The position numbers were made by a program, and so were the translations under genes. Positions 1 to 8,852 of a stretch of 38,275 bases of DNA are shown in pieces (the stretch's first letter is position 1; the number at the start of each line of letters is the position of its first letter). The notes below the pieces were generated by a model. That model saw nothing but the letters and a program-made list of their open reading frames with translations. It was not told the origin of the DNA and did not search any database. The stretch spans positions 1 to 38,275 of the forward strand of contig JBDTTK010000001.1 in the NCBI GenBank assembly GCA_039930685.1, in the 5' to 3' direction. The DNA comes from Bryobacteraceae bacterium. GTDB lineage: Bacteria > Acidobacteriota > Terriglobia > Bryobacterales > Bryobacteraceae.

Positions 1-620
1 GAATTCGCTTGCGGCAAGGGTTGAAACAAAGACTCGCCCCAGCTTGGAAAATAATCCGGGATGTTGGTCCGCGGGAACTTATCGAACACCTTGCACCGGT
101 ACGATTTCAGACCGGTGTCCATGCCGATCCAGAACGGCGAATTGGTGGAGAGCGCCAGGATGTGCGGCAAGAAGTAGCGCGCCGCGTTCATGATATGAAT
201 CTGCGTTTCGCGATCCTCGATGCCCACATGGACATGGAGCCCGAAGATCAGATTGCCGCGCGCAACCACCTTCATGTCTTCGACAATGGTGTAGTAGCGC
301 TCGTCGGGATAGATCTGTTGCGTCCGCCAGTCGGAAAACGGGTGGGTTCCGGCCGCCGCCACCCGCAATCCGGCGTTGTAAGCGAGTCCGATGATCGACC
401 GGCGCAGTCCCGTGATCTCCTCACGCGCCTGTTGAATGTTCGTGCAGATTCCGGTGCCAACCTCGATCACCGATTGGTGCATCTCGGCCTTGACGCGCTC
501 CTGTAACAGCGTCTTTCCGTGCGCAATCAACTCAGCCCCGATGTGCGAACGCAGATCGCGCGTCACCGGATCGATGGTCTGGTATTCTTCCTCGATTCCG
601 ATTGTCAGACTGGGCTGCAT
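1..620 (-). CDS. Carboxylate-amine ligase, GCS2/YbdK-like (glutamate-cysteine ligase family 2); C-terminal part lies beyond the left edge
   Basis: Absent from the ORF track because there is no stop inside the window. My own translation from the ATG at 618-620 (minus) gives [28 protein letters not shown]...[50 protein letters not shown]...LSTNSPFW. The GIEEE and HVHVG motifs are typical of the GCS2 family. GGAGG lies 5 nt upstream of the ATG. Confidence 0.85.
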   Translation of the reverse strand, partial: MQPSLTIGIEEEYQTIDPVTRDLRSHIGAELIAHGKTLLQERVKAEMHQSVIEVGTGICTNIQQAREEITGLRRSIIGLAYNAGLRVAAAGTHPFSDWRTQQIYPDERYYTIVEDMKVVARGNLIFGLHVHVGIEDRETQIHIMNAARYFLPHILALSTNSPFWIGMDTGLKSYRCKVFDKFPRTNIPDYFPSWGESLFQPLPQAN

Positions 621-643
621 CAACGCCTCCGTAGAATTCGACT

Positions 644-1594
644 TCAGGCTTCGGCCACCGCCGGCTTCCCATTCAGAAAATGCTGCCAGCGCATCTCGAT
701 GGGCTTCACATCCTTGAGCGCCTCTTCCACGGCGAACTCGGCCACGGCGTCCACGATCCAGGCAAAATTTTCGGGTCCGACAGAGGTGAACTCGGCGTCC
801 GGTGCCGGGTTCAGAAAATCGATGGCGTACGGGATGCCGTTCTCCACTGCGAACTCGACGGTATTGAGATCATAGCCGAGCGCGCGGCACAGCGTGAGGC
901 AATCCTTGATCACGCGGGCGTGCATCGCCGGTTCGATCGGTTTCGGGTCTTTCAGGTAGCGGTCCGCGTGCGGATTCCGCGGGTCGTACTGCATCACATG
1001 GACTTTCTGCTGGCCGACCACGTAGCACCGAAAGTAGTCCGTGAAGTCAACCGCCGTTTGCAGCGTCATACAGAGGTCGCCGGTATCGTTGTAGGCGCCA
1101 AAGAATTCCGCCGGCGAATGGACCTTGTACACGCTCTTCCACCCTCCGCCGCTGAACGGCTTCAGGAAGGCGGGAAAACCGATGTACTCGAAGATGTCGT
1201 CCCAATCCAGCGGATAAATCAGGTTCCGCATCGACTGGTCCGTCGTTCCCGGCGGATGCGAATGATGTGGCAGAACCACTGTTTTCGGCACGGCGACGCC
1301 GAGCTTCGAAGCGAGGGCATAGTTGAAGAACTTGTCGTCGGCGCCCCACCAGAAAGGGTTGTTGATGATCGTCGTGCCGGACAAGGCCGCGTTCTTCAGG
1401 TAGGCGCGATAGAACGGGATGTCATGCGAAATCCGATCGACGATCACGCGGTAGCCCGATGGCTCAGCCATCTTAACGCCGCCAATCTTGATGTGCTCCG
1501 CGGAAACGCCGTCCACATGCATTCCGTTAATCCGTTCCACCAGCGCGCCGGGGAACGTGTTTTCCATGCCGTAGATAACTCCGATTTTTCGCAT
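644..1594 (-). CDS. ATP-grasp family ligase (RimK/glutathione-synthase-like fold), substrate unknown
   Basis: ORF 644..1657(-). I prefer the internal start [10 protein letters not shown] at 1594, preceded by GGGAG. Length and layout ([22 protein letters not shown]..., central and C-terminal ATP-grasp-like blocks) fit an ATP-grasp enzyme. It ends 23 nt upstream of the GCS2 gene. Confidence 0.75.
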   Translation of the reverse strand: MRKIGVIYGMENTFPGALVERINGMHVDGVSAEHIKIGGVKMAEPSGYRVIVDRISHDIPFYRAYLKNAALSGTTIINNPFWWGADDKFFNYALASKLGVAVPKTVVLPHHSHPPGTTDQSMRNLIYPLDWDDIFEYIGFPAFLKPFSGGGWKSVYKVHSPAEFFGAYNDTGDLCMTLQTAVDFTDYFRCYVVGQQKVHVMQYDPRNPHADRYLKDPKPIEPAMHARVIKDCLTLCRALGYDLNTVEFAVENGIPYAIDFLNPAPDAEFTSVGPENFAWIVDAVAEFAVEEALKDVKPIEMRWQHFLNGKPAVAEA

Positions 1595-1617
1595 ATGCTC
1601 CCTGAATCGTAGCTGGC

Positions 1618-2328
1618 CTAGAAATACTTCTGTGCCATCTTCTCCCACACCGGCCAATCATGGTCAGCTCCGTCGCCCCAGATATCGAGCCAATGCGGAA
1701 TGCCACGCGCGGCCATGATGTTCGCCAGGCGGATGTTCTCGTCGAGACAGATATCCCGCTCGGCCGTCGCCAGGATCATCTTGATCTGCTTGTATTGCTC
1801 CAGGAAGTGCTGGTCGTTCATCCCGGGCAGAAAATCCGGCGGGCAGTTGAAGTAGCAATTGTCGTCGTAATAACCGTCGAGGAACTGGTGCACGTCGAAC
1901 GCGCCGCTCATGCTCACGCAGGCGGAAATCACTTCCGGATGCCGCAGCGCGAAATTCACCGCGTGATACCCGCCGAAGCTGCACCCCGTCACGCCGACCC
2001 GTGGACTGGAGTTGCGAGCCCGGATAAAGGGGAGCACCTCGTCGACCAGATATTGGTCGTATTGCACGTGCCTGGCCGCCCGGTCTCGCGGCGGCACCGC
2101 CTTGTTGTACCAGCTCTCGGCATCGACGCTGTCGACGCAGAAGGCCTGTAGCTGGCCGTTCTCATATTTGTCGCCGACGACTTCGATCATGCGCCGGCTC
2201 TCGTAGTCGAAGAACCGCCCCTGCGACGTCGGAAACACGATCATCGGCGGTCCGGCGTGACCGAAAATAAGAAGCTCCATGTCACGCCCCAGCCGCGGGC
2301 TAAACCACTTGTGATACTCGCGATTCAT
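1618..2328 (-). CDS. Alpha/beta hydrolase, 'putative esterase' family (esterase D/enterochelin-esterase-like)
   Basis: 236-aa ORF with the nucleophile elbow GCSFGG (GxSxG) and a C-terminal HDW block. It ends 23 nt upstream of the ATP-grasp gene. Confidence 0.8.
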   Translation of the reverse strand: MNREYHKWFSPRLGRDMELLIFGHAGPPMIVFPTSQGRFFDYESRRMIEVVGDKYENGQLQAFCVDSVDAESWYNKAVPPRDRAARHVQYDQYLVDEVLPFIRARNSSPRVGVTGCSFGGYHAVNFALRHPEVISACVSMSGAFDVHQFLDGYYDDNCYFNCPPDFLPGMNDQHFLEQYKQIKMILATAERDICLDENIRLANIMAARGIPHWLDIWGDGADHDWPVWEKMAQKYF

Positions 2329-2380
2329 GCGTCTCCGATTCGTGAAATTTGATCTGCCCTGGCCGAAGGTTCCCTGCTGC

Positions 2381-3163
2381 TTACAGCTTGAGAAGCGAGC
2401 GCAGCCGTTTGGTCTGCACCCTACTCACTGGAATTTCCGTCTGTTTCTTATCGTCCATGCGCAACTGGTAGCTCGATTTGAACCACGGAATCACTTCGCG
2501 GATGCGATGAATGTTGACGAGGTACGAGCGGTGGACGCGCCAGAACATGTCAGGATCGAGATTCGACTGCAACTCCTCAATCGTCCGGTAGTTCGACTGC
2601 CCTTCGACATTCGCCGCCACGACCGTGATGAGGCCATCGTCGATCGTCGCGTAGACGACATCCTGCGCGTCAACGATAAAGTTGCGGTTGGCGCTTTTCA
2701 CCAGTAGCTTAGTCCGTTGCTGACCCGGCTTCGGCGCCGCCGGAGCGGGTTCGGCCGCTGCCGCCTTGGCTTTTTGCGAAACCACTCGCTGGGCCCGTTC
2801 GATCGCCACGGCGAGACGCTCCGCGTCGACCGGCTTTAGCAAGTAATCGAGCGCCTCCAGACGGAACGCTTCGACCGCATATTGATCGAACGCAGTCGCC
2901 AGGATGAAGTGCGGCAACGGGATGTCTTTTTCCCGAAGTTTCCGGATCACGCCGATGCCATCGAGCCCCGGCATCTGGACGTCCAGAAAGACAATATCCG
3001 GCTCGATGTCTTCGATCAGCTTGACGGCTTCGAGGCCGTTCGAGCCGGTCGCGACCACCTCGATCTCGGGAAAATCCTTGAGGAGAAACGAGAGCTCTTC
3101 ACGCGCAAGTTGCTCGTCGTCCACAAGGACGGCGGACATCGTCGCGGTCGCGCGTTGCAGCAT
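2381..3163 (-). CDS. LytR/AlgR-family response regulator (receiver + LytTR DNA-binding domain)
   Basis: Receiver motifs VLVDDE, FLDVQMPGLDG and LLKP. C-terminal LytTR-like block FWRVHRSYLVNIHRIREV. Alternative start MSAVLV at 3139. No histidine kinase gene is adjacent. Confidence 0.9.
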   Translation of the reverse strand: MLQRATATMSAVLVDDEQLAREELSFLLKDFPEIEVVATGSNGLEAVKLIEDIEPDIVFLDVQMPGLDGIGVIRKLREKDIPLPHFILATAFDQYAVEAFRLEALDYLLKPVDAERLAVAIERAQRVVSQKAKAAAAEPAPAAPKPGQQRTKLLVKSANRNFIVDAQDVVYATIDDGLITVVAANVEGQSNYRTIEELQSNLDPDMFWRVHRSYLVNIHRIREVIPWFKSSYQLRMDDKKQTEIPVSRVQTKRLRSLLKL

Positions 3164-3302
3164 GAAATGCTAGTATATCCTAGACGGTCAGGATCGCCTC
3201 AAACGCAAAAGAGGCTCGTTTGAACGGTACAGCAAAGCGTTCCGTGCTCGCCCGTTTCACACTTCACTCGCCCCAATTGGGAGCCGCAGGAGTCACCTAG
3301 CT

Positions 3303-4622
3303 TTGTCCTTAGAATCAACTGTTCGCATTGCGCCCGCCGACGGAAAACTCGGCGTTCTGATTCCCGGCATCGGAGCAGTTACCACAACATTTATCGCCGG
3401 CGTGGAGGCGATCAAGCGCGGACTGGCTCAGCCAATCGGCTCGCTGACCCAACTGGCAACCATCCGGCTCGGCAAACGGACCGACAATCGCACGCCGCGG
3501 ATCAACGATTTTGTTCCCCTGGCGCAGTTGGATGATCTCGTGATCGGCGGCTGGGATATTTTTGAAGACAGCGCGTTCGAAGCCGCAGTGAACGCGCGCG
3601 TCCTCGATCGTCCGATTCTGGATCAACTCAAAGAACCGCTCTCGGCGATCAAGCCGATGAAAGCTGTTTTCGATTCGAATTACGTCAAGCGCATCAACGG
3701 GCCGAACGTCAAGACCGAAGGTACCTTGATGGACAAGGCGCATGCCTTGATGGAAGACATCGAGAACTTCCGCAAAGCGAACAACTGCTCGCGTATGGTC
3801 ATGATCTGGTGCGGCTCCACCGAGGTGTTCCACAAGGCCGCGGCCGTTCACCAGTCGCTTGAAGCATTCGAAGCTGGCTTGATGAAGAACGATCCGGACA
3901 TCGCGCCCAGCCAGGTGTACGCCTACGCCGCCATGAAGAGCGGCGTGCCGTTCGCCAACGGCGCGCCTAATCTTACCTCCGACATACCGGTGATTCTCGA
4001 CATGGCGCGCGAGCGCTCCGTTCCGCTCTGCGGCAAGGACTTCAAAACCGGCCAGACCTTCATGAAGACGCTGCTGGCGCCGGGTTTCAAAGCCCGTATG
4101 CTCGGCATGTCCGGTTGGTTCTCTACCAACATCCTCGGCAATCGCGACGGCGAAGTCCTCGAGGATCCGGGGTCGTTCAAAACCAAGGAAGAAACCAAGC
4201 TCAGCGTCCTTGAGCAGATCCTGCAACCGAATCTATATCCGATGCTCTACAAGGACCTGTATCACGCGGTCCGCATCAACTATTACCCGCCGCGCGGCGA
4301 CGCCAAAGAAGGCTGGGACAACATCGACATCTTCGGATGGCTCGGCTATCCGATGCAGATTAAGATCGATTTCCTCTGCCGCGATTCGATTCTCGCGGCC
4401 CCCCTGGTTCTCGATCTGATCCTCTTCATGGACCTCGCCCAACGAGCGGGAATGAAGGGCATCCAGGAATGGCTTTCGTTCTACTTCAAGGGGCCGATGA
4501 CGGCTCCGGGATTGTATCCGGAGCATGACATCTTCATCCAACTGATGAAACTCAAGAACACTCTACGCTGGATGAAGAACGAAGATCTGATCACGCATCT
4601 CGGCCTTGAATACTACGATTGA
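3303..4622 (+). CDS. ino1: myo-Inositol-1-phosphate (inositol-3-phosphate) synthase
   Basis: 439 aa with a TTG start 10 nt after AGGAG. N-terminal Rossmann GVLIPGIGAVTTT. Conserved GKDFKTGQT and STNILGNRDG blocks (the counterpart of the MIPS SYNHLGNNDG motif). Confidence 0.88.
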   Translation: MSLESTVRIAPADGKLGVLIPGIGAVTTTFIAGVEAIKRGLAQPIGSLTQLATIRLGKRTDNRTPRINDFVPLAQLDDLVIGGWDIFEDSAFEAAVNARVLDRPILDQLKEPLSAIKPMKAVFDSNYVKRINGPNVKTEGTLMDKAHALMEDIENFRKANNCSRMVMIWCGSTEVFHKAAAVHQSLEAFEAGLMKNDPDIAPSQVYAYAAMKSGVPFANGAPNLTSDIPVILDMARERSVPLCGKDFKTGQTFMKTLLAPGFKARMLGMSGWFSTNILGNRDGEVLEDPGSFKTKEETKLSVLEQILQPNLYPMLYKDLYHAVRINYYPPRGDAKEGWDNIDIFGWLGYPMQIKIDFLCRDSILAAPLVLDLILFMDLAQRAGMKGIQEWLSFYFKGPMTAPGLYPEHDIFIQLMKLKNTLRWMKNEDLITHLGLEYYD

Positions 4623-4638
4623 TTCGCACAAATAACGC

Positions 4639-5643
4639 ATGAATTGCCTTGTGATCGGCGGCACGCTGTTCGTCGGCCGTCTTCTCGTTCAAGAACTCCT
4701 GAAGTCAGGCCACGACGTCACGGTCTTGCACCGTAAACCGAAGCATGACCTCGGCCGCAAGGTCAAAAACCTGCAGGCGGACCGCAATGACGCCGCCGCG
4801 ATGAAGGCAGCTCTTGCCGGAAAGAGCTTCGACGTCGTGTTCGACAACGCGTACGACTGGGATCGCGGGACCACTGCGGCAAATGTCGAAGCCACGGTGC
4901 GCGCCATTCCGAACAAGCTGCACCGCTACGTCTTCATGTCAAGCGTCGCGGCCTACGGCGATGGCCTCAACCACCACGAAGGCGATGCCCTTGCCCCCGA
5001 CGACGCGCCCGATCTCTACGTGCGGAATAAGGCCATGAGCGAGCGGGCCCTCTTCCGCCTGCACCATCGCGGAGGTCTTCCGCTCGTTACGCTGCGTCCG
5101 CCTTTCATCTACGGACCGGGCAACCCCTTTTACCGCGAGGCTTTCTTCTGGGACCGCCTGCGCGCGGGCCGCAGTATCGTCCTTCCCGGCGACGGACGTC
5201 GCCTCATGCAGTTCGTCTATGTGCGCGATCTGGTGGTCGCGATGCTTCGCGTATTAGACGAGCAGGCCGCCGTCGGCCATGCGTTCAACATCGCGAACTC
5301 CCGTCCCCTGTCGCAAACCGAAGCCGTCGAGGCGTTCGGCGCGGCCTGCGGAAAGAAAGTGCAGTTCGTACGTGTGCCGCGTGAACGGATGCTCCGCGCC
5401 GGCGGTCATCCAATGGGTCCCAAGCTCTACTTCGCCGAATACTACGACATGCCGCCGATCACGCAGATTACGGCGAAGGCGCAGCGTGTCCTCAAATTCA
5501 AGCCGACGGATTTCGCTTCGGGCCTGAAGGAAACCTACAAGTGGTATCTGCGGCACCGCGCGTGGCCGGAACCGGATTATCTGTTCGAAGACGAAATGCT
5601 CGAGAAGGCTCCGCGGGTTCCGGTGCTGAGCGCGGCGCGCTAA
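4639..5643 (+). CDS. NAD-dependent epimerase/dehydratase (extended SDR family)
   Basis: N-terminal GGTLFVGRLL (GxxGxxG) and a YxxxK catalytic pair (YVRNK). It starts 16 nt after ino1. Confidence 0.85.
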   Translation: MNCLVIGGTLFVGRLLVQELLKSGHDVTVLHRKPKHDLGRKVKNLQADRNDAAAMKAALAGKSFDVVFDNAYDWDRGTTAANVEATVRAIPNKLHRYVFMSSVAAYGDGLNHHEGDALAPDDAPDLYVRNKAMSERALFRLHHRGGLPLVTLRPPFIYGPGNPFYREAFFWDRLRAGRSIVLPGDGRRLMQFVYVRDLVVAMLRVLDEQAAVGHAFNIANSRPLSQTEAVEAFGAACGKKVQFVRVPRERMLRAGGHPMGPKLYFAEYYDMPPITQITAKAQRVLKFKPTDFASGLKETYKWYLRHRAWPEPDYLFEDEMLEKAPRVPVLSAAR

Positions 5644-6200
5644 CTCGACGCCCGCACTTGCGCGAGCCGGGCTTTGAGTTCCGGCGAGAGCACCGCTTCC
5701 ACTTCCGGAGTGATCAGGCCGACTCCGTCCAAATCCTGAACGTGCACCTGATCCTTCAAGCGAAAGCTGGTCAGTTTCATGGTGACGAGATCGGCGATCG
5801 GCGCGATGCACAACCCCTGCGCGCTCCGGAATGGTGCCCGGATCTCAGGAATCGGCTCCAGATACTCGGGTCTCACCTTCTCCGCAGCAAACACCAGGTG
5901 GATTGCGCTACGAGCCTTCGGGTCCTTGGCGTCGACCAGCATGTCAACCCCGGCTATGTGGCGATACTTGAATCCGAACGCTTCGACTGCCTTGCGGATC
6001 CGGTCAAGATCGGCGCGGCGGACGGCAACGTCAACGTCCCGCGTCAGCCGGGCATCGATTGGACTTCGCGTGTCCACGTGGATGTACGTGGCAAGGCCGC
6101 CGATGATCTGATAGGGAATACCCGCCTTCTCGAAGGCGTCAGCCACGCGTTTCGCGGAATCGACTAGTTGATCCACTCGTTCTTCAAAGAAAGTGTTCAT
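5640..6200 (-). CDS. Minimal Pol-beta-superfamily nucleotidyltransferase (AbiEii-like GG.A...R.TRD.D signature), function unknown
   Basis: 186 aa with IIGGLATYIHVD...RLTRDVDVAV and DLVTMKLTSFRLKDQVHVQDL. It is a paralog of the 33954..34508 ORF. Its stop codon overlaps the stop of the convergent SDR gene. Confidence 0.6.
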   Translation of the reverse strand: MNTFFEERVDQLVDSAKRVADAFEKAGIPYQIIGGLATYIHVDTRSPIDARLTRDVDVAVRRADLDRIRKAVEAFGFKYRHIAGVDMLVDAKDPKARSAIHLVFAAEKVRPEYLEPIPEIRAPFRSAQGLCIAPIADLVTMKLTSFRLKDQVHVQDLDGVGLITPEVEAVLSPELKARLAQVRASS

Positions 6201-6215
6201 TGCGGCGGATTCTTC

Positions 6216-7124
6216 TCAATCCTTGCACACTTCCGCCATCGCTTTCGCCGTATTCGCGTGGATCGTCACCGTGTCGTCCACGTTCACAGCGTACCCGCCC
6301 GCGAGCGTCGAAGCCACTGGAACGCCGCGCGCTTTCGCCAACCGGAACACCGTCTCGTCCCGCTGACGCAAACCCGCGATGGTTAGATTCAGGCCCCCCA
6401 GTTGATCCTCCCGATACGGATCCGTGCCGCCCACGTACATCATCAAATCTGGTCTGAAATTCTCCAGCCCGCACCGGACCCCGATCTCGAGTTTCTCAAG
6501 ATACTCCTCATCGCCGACGCCGTCCGCCAAGTGAATATCGACCGTCGACGGCGGCTTCTCGTAGGGATAGTTATTGAGCTGATGGATCGACAGCGTGTAC
6601 ACGCTTGGGTCGGAGGCAAAGATGCCGGCGGTTCCGTTGCCATGGTGGACATCTACGTCGACCACCATCGCCTTGCGGATCGCGCCTTCCTGTTGGAGCT
6701 TGCGAATGGCGGCGCCGACATCGTGAATCGCGCAAAAGCCTTCTCCGTGGCCCGGAAACGCATGATGAAATCCGCCGCCGATGTTGAATGCGAATCCGGA
6801 TCGCAGCGCCTCTCGCGCCGCCAGCGTCGTGCCTCCTGCCGCCAGCCAGAATGCATCGACCATCCTTTGCGAATACGGAATCTCCAGCTTCATCAACTCG
6901 TGATACCCCAACGTCCCGTCGCGGAGTTTGATGACCCATGCCCGATCGTGAACGAGCAACAAATCCTCGTCCGACGCCGGCTCTGGCGTCAGGAAGTCCT
7001 CTTCCGTGGCGAAACCGTCTTCGAGCAATCGCTCGCGGATCAGCCTGTACTTCTCTGACGGGAACACATGCGCTCCCAAACAGAGGTCGTATCCTTCGTG
7101 ATAAATCAGCTTGAACGGAAGCAT
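6216..7124 (-). CDS. Histone-deacetylase-family Zn-dependent deacetylase (AcuC/acetylpolyamine amidohydrolase-like)
   Basis: 302 aa with GGGFHHAFPGHGEGFC (His-His pair), VVDVDVHHGNGT (Zn ligands) and GGTDPY. Confidence 0.9.
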   Translation of the reverse strand: MLPFKLIYHEGYDLCLGAHVFPSEKYRLIRERLLEDGFATEEDFLTPEPASDEDLLLVHDRAWVIKLRDGTLGYHELMKLEIPYSQRMVDAFWLAAGGTTLAAREALRSGFAFNIGGGFHHAFPGHGEGFCAIHDVGAAIRKLQQEGAIRKAMVVDVDVHHGNGTAGIFASDPSVYTLSIHQLNNYPYEKPPSTVDIHLADGVGDEEYLEKLEIGVRCGLENFRPDLMMYVGGTDPYREDQLGGLNLTIAGLRQRDETVFRLAKARGVPVASTLAGGYAVNVDDTVTIHANTAKAMAEVCKD

Positions 7125-8131
7125 CTTTCGAATCCGGCGCGTTCTATAGCCCCGGCCGTCCCCCCCACCGACTGTAACCCTGCGATCAGCCCAACCGCAT
7201 AGACATCTTCCGCCGAACAGCCTCGCGACAGATCGTGAAACGGTTTGGCGAGACCCTGGAGTAACGGTCCGAACGCGGCCGCGTCTCCGAGCCGCTCCAC
7301 CAACTTGTACGCGATATTTGCGGACGTGAGGTCCGGGAAAATTAAGGTGTTCGCGCGCCCCGCTACCGGCGACCCCGGCGCCTTGGACGCTCCTATCGCC
7401 GCGACGAGCGCCGCGTCCGCCTGCAGTTCGCCGTCAACCAGCAACTCCGGCGCTCGCTCGCGAATGCGCCGCGTCGCCTCGGTTACCTTGTCGATATGGG
7501 CGTGGCTGGCGCTCCCCCGGGTCGAGAAGCTGAGCATCGCCACTCGCGGCTCCACTTCCAGAAGCACGCGGACATTGGCTGCCGTCTCCATCGCGACCTC
7601 CGTCAACTGCTCGACATCCGGGTCGATCACGATTCCGCCATCGGCAAATGCCAGCACGCCGTCACACCCAAACCGCCGATCCCGAACGCACATCAGGAAA
7701 CAGCTCGAAATCGTCCGGACGCCTTTCGCCAGTCCGATGCACTGCAACGCCGCGCGGACCGTGTCCGCCGTCGTATTCGCGGCTCCTCCAACGCCGGCGT
7801 CGGCATCCCCGGCCGCCACCATCAGCGCCGCGTGATAGAGCGGATCTCTCGCCGTGGACGCGGCCTGTTCGCGCGAAACTCCTTTTGCCCCGCGCCGCGC
7901 GTAATACAGGTCCGCATATTCTTCCGGCGGACCGTCCGAACTCAGCAGCACTGGATCGACGAGGCCTTCCTCCGCCAGCCTGCCCACGGCTTCCTGGACC
8001 CGCGAGTCATGCCCTTCCGGAAAAACGATGCGCGGCCGGCGCGGCAATTTCCGCAAATGAGTCCGAAATCGCTCCAGCAGATCGCGCGCGGACTCTGGAA
8101 GCGTCGTGTCGGCTGTGGTCGCAACTCGCAC
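7106..8131 (-). CDS. pta: Phosphate acetyltransferase (short-type Pta)
   Basis: ORF 7106..8263(-). The conserved PTA_PTB body (RIVFPEGHDSRVQEA..., GGAANTTADTVRAALQ, DGELQADAAL, ANTLIFPDLTSANIAYK) starts well downstream of the track start. I prefer the GTG at 8131 (342 aa), because the upstream 44 codons overlap vapC. Confidence 0.85.
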   Translation of the reverse strand: MRVATTADTTLPESARDLLERFRTHLRKLPRRPRIVFPEGHDSRVQEAVGRLAEEGLVDPVLLSSDGPPEEYADLYYARRGAKGVSREQAASTARDPLYHAALMVAAGDADAGVGGAANTTADTVRAALQCIGLAKGVRTISSCFLMCVRDRRFGCDGVLAFADGGIVIDPDVEQLTEVAMETAANVRVLLEVEPRVAMLSFSTRGSASHAHIDKVTEATRRIRERAPELLVDGELQADAALVAAIGASKAPGSPVAGRANTLIFPDLTSANIAYKLVERLGDAAAFGPLLQGLAKPFHDLSRGCSAEDVYAVGLIAGLQSVGGTAGAIERAGFERCFRSS

Positions 8132-8559
8132 TATGGTTCCCGTATCTCGAGTCCAGGCGGCGCCACATCCAGCAGATGGCGCGCGTTCCAACTCAACAGC
8201 ACCTGCCCTCCCGCCTCCAATGTCGAAAGCGCGATCACCGAGTCGAAGACGCGCGCGCCCCACTGGCCGCGGCTAACCCGGCTCCGCAGGGTCGCCCAAA
8301 CGGTATCGCGCGTCATGCCCACAATCCGGTGAGTCCCAAAATTTAACTTAAGCAGTTCCTCGGCTTTCGGAGGCGCAATCCCATGTGGCTTCGGCAGCCG
8401 GGTCAGAACCGCGTAGCACTCCAGCAGCGCGTGGGCGGTGAGGATCAATTCGCCATTGTCCTTATCGCATTCCGCTTTCGCCGCCAAGGTCCTATCATGC
8501 CTGGGGTGGGCAGCCAGCACCAGCGGAACAAGGCAGCTCGCGTCCAGTCCGTACTTCAC
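8131..8559 (-). CDS. vapC: PIN-domain ribonuclease toxin (VapC-like)
   Basis: Track ORF 8131..8679 has a basic, low-complexity N-terminal extension that overlaps vapB. The GTG at 8559 gives VKYGLDASCLVPLVL... (the conserved early Asp of PIN). About 142 aa, directly downstream of an AbrB-type antitoxin. Confidence 0.7.
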   Translation of the reverse strand: MKYGLDASCLVPLVLAAHPRHDRTLAAKAECDKDNGELILTAHALLECYAVLTRLPKPHGIAPPKAEELLKLNFGTHRIVGMTRDTVWATLRSRVSRGQWGARVFDSVIALSTLEAGGQVLLSWNARHLLDVAPPGLEIREP

Positions 8560-8852
8560 TACTGCCCGCTCGCCCCTTTTGCCAGGTCGCGGATACCGGA
8601 TTCGGCTACGCCCTCCAGTACTCCTTCGACCGCCTTCAAGTCGAGCGGCGGAGCGCCCTGCGGCGGAATGGCCACCCAAACAGTGCCTCTCTTTTCAAAA
8701 CGGGCGTCGTCGCCTTCCGGAGATACAGCGGCAATCTCGAGCACGCCAAATCGATAGCGAAGCTCCAGCGGAGTCCCCGACTGCCAGCCCGCCTCGTCCC
8801 GAATTGCCTTTGGAATCACGATCCGCCCTAGCTTATCAATGGAAGATGTCAT
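8559..8852 (-). CDS. vapB: AbrB/MazE/SpoVT-family antitoxin (VapB-like)
   Basis: MTSSIDKLGRIVIPKAIRDEAGW is the classic swapped-hairpin AbrB/SpoVT motif. ATG at 8852 (track start 8861 is TTG). The TAG stop overlaps the vapC GTG by 1 nt. Confidence 0.75.
   Translation of the reverse strand: MTSSIDKLGRIVIPKAIRDEAGWQSGTPLELRYRFGVLEIAAVSPEGDDARFEKRGTVWVAIPPQGAPPLDLKAVEGVLEGVAESGIRDLAKGASGQ

Noticed and set aside
1-6. The window starts with GAATTC (EcoRI), suggesting a cloned-insert boundary
   Set aside because: Several internal GAATTC sites exist (for example near 635, 24301 and 20051), so the terminal site proves nothing about the origin of the fragment. It is not reported as a feature.
9-1612. 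Plus-strand ORFs 9..506, 436..717, 519..875 and 680..1612
   Set aside because: They are antisense to, or off-frame from, the GCS2 ligase and ATP-grasp genes, whose minus-strand translations carry family motifs and RBSs.
3315-4226. 303-aa minus-strand ORF inside ino1
   Set aside because: It is antisense to a strongly conserved inositol-phosphate synthase. It has no motif and no RBS.
8132-8263. N-terminal 44-codon extension of pta back to the track start; similar extensions of vapC (8560-8679), Slt (28237-28446), plsX (32851-32925) and yceD (32025-32129)
   Set aside because: Each extension overlaps the upstream gene or lacks conservation. Internal GTG/TTG/ATG starts give normal protein lengths and, for Slt, a proper signal peptide.
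7496-8346. 278-aa and 232-aa plus-strand ORFs
   Set aside because: They are antisense to pta and vapC. Their translations are extremely R/P/S-rich.
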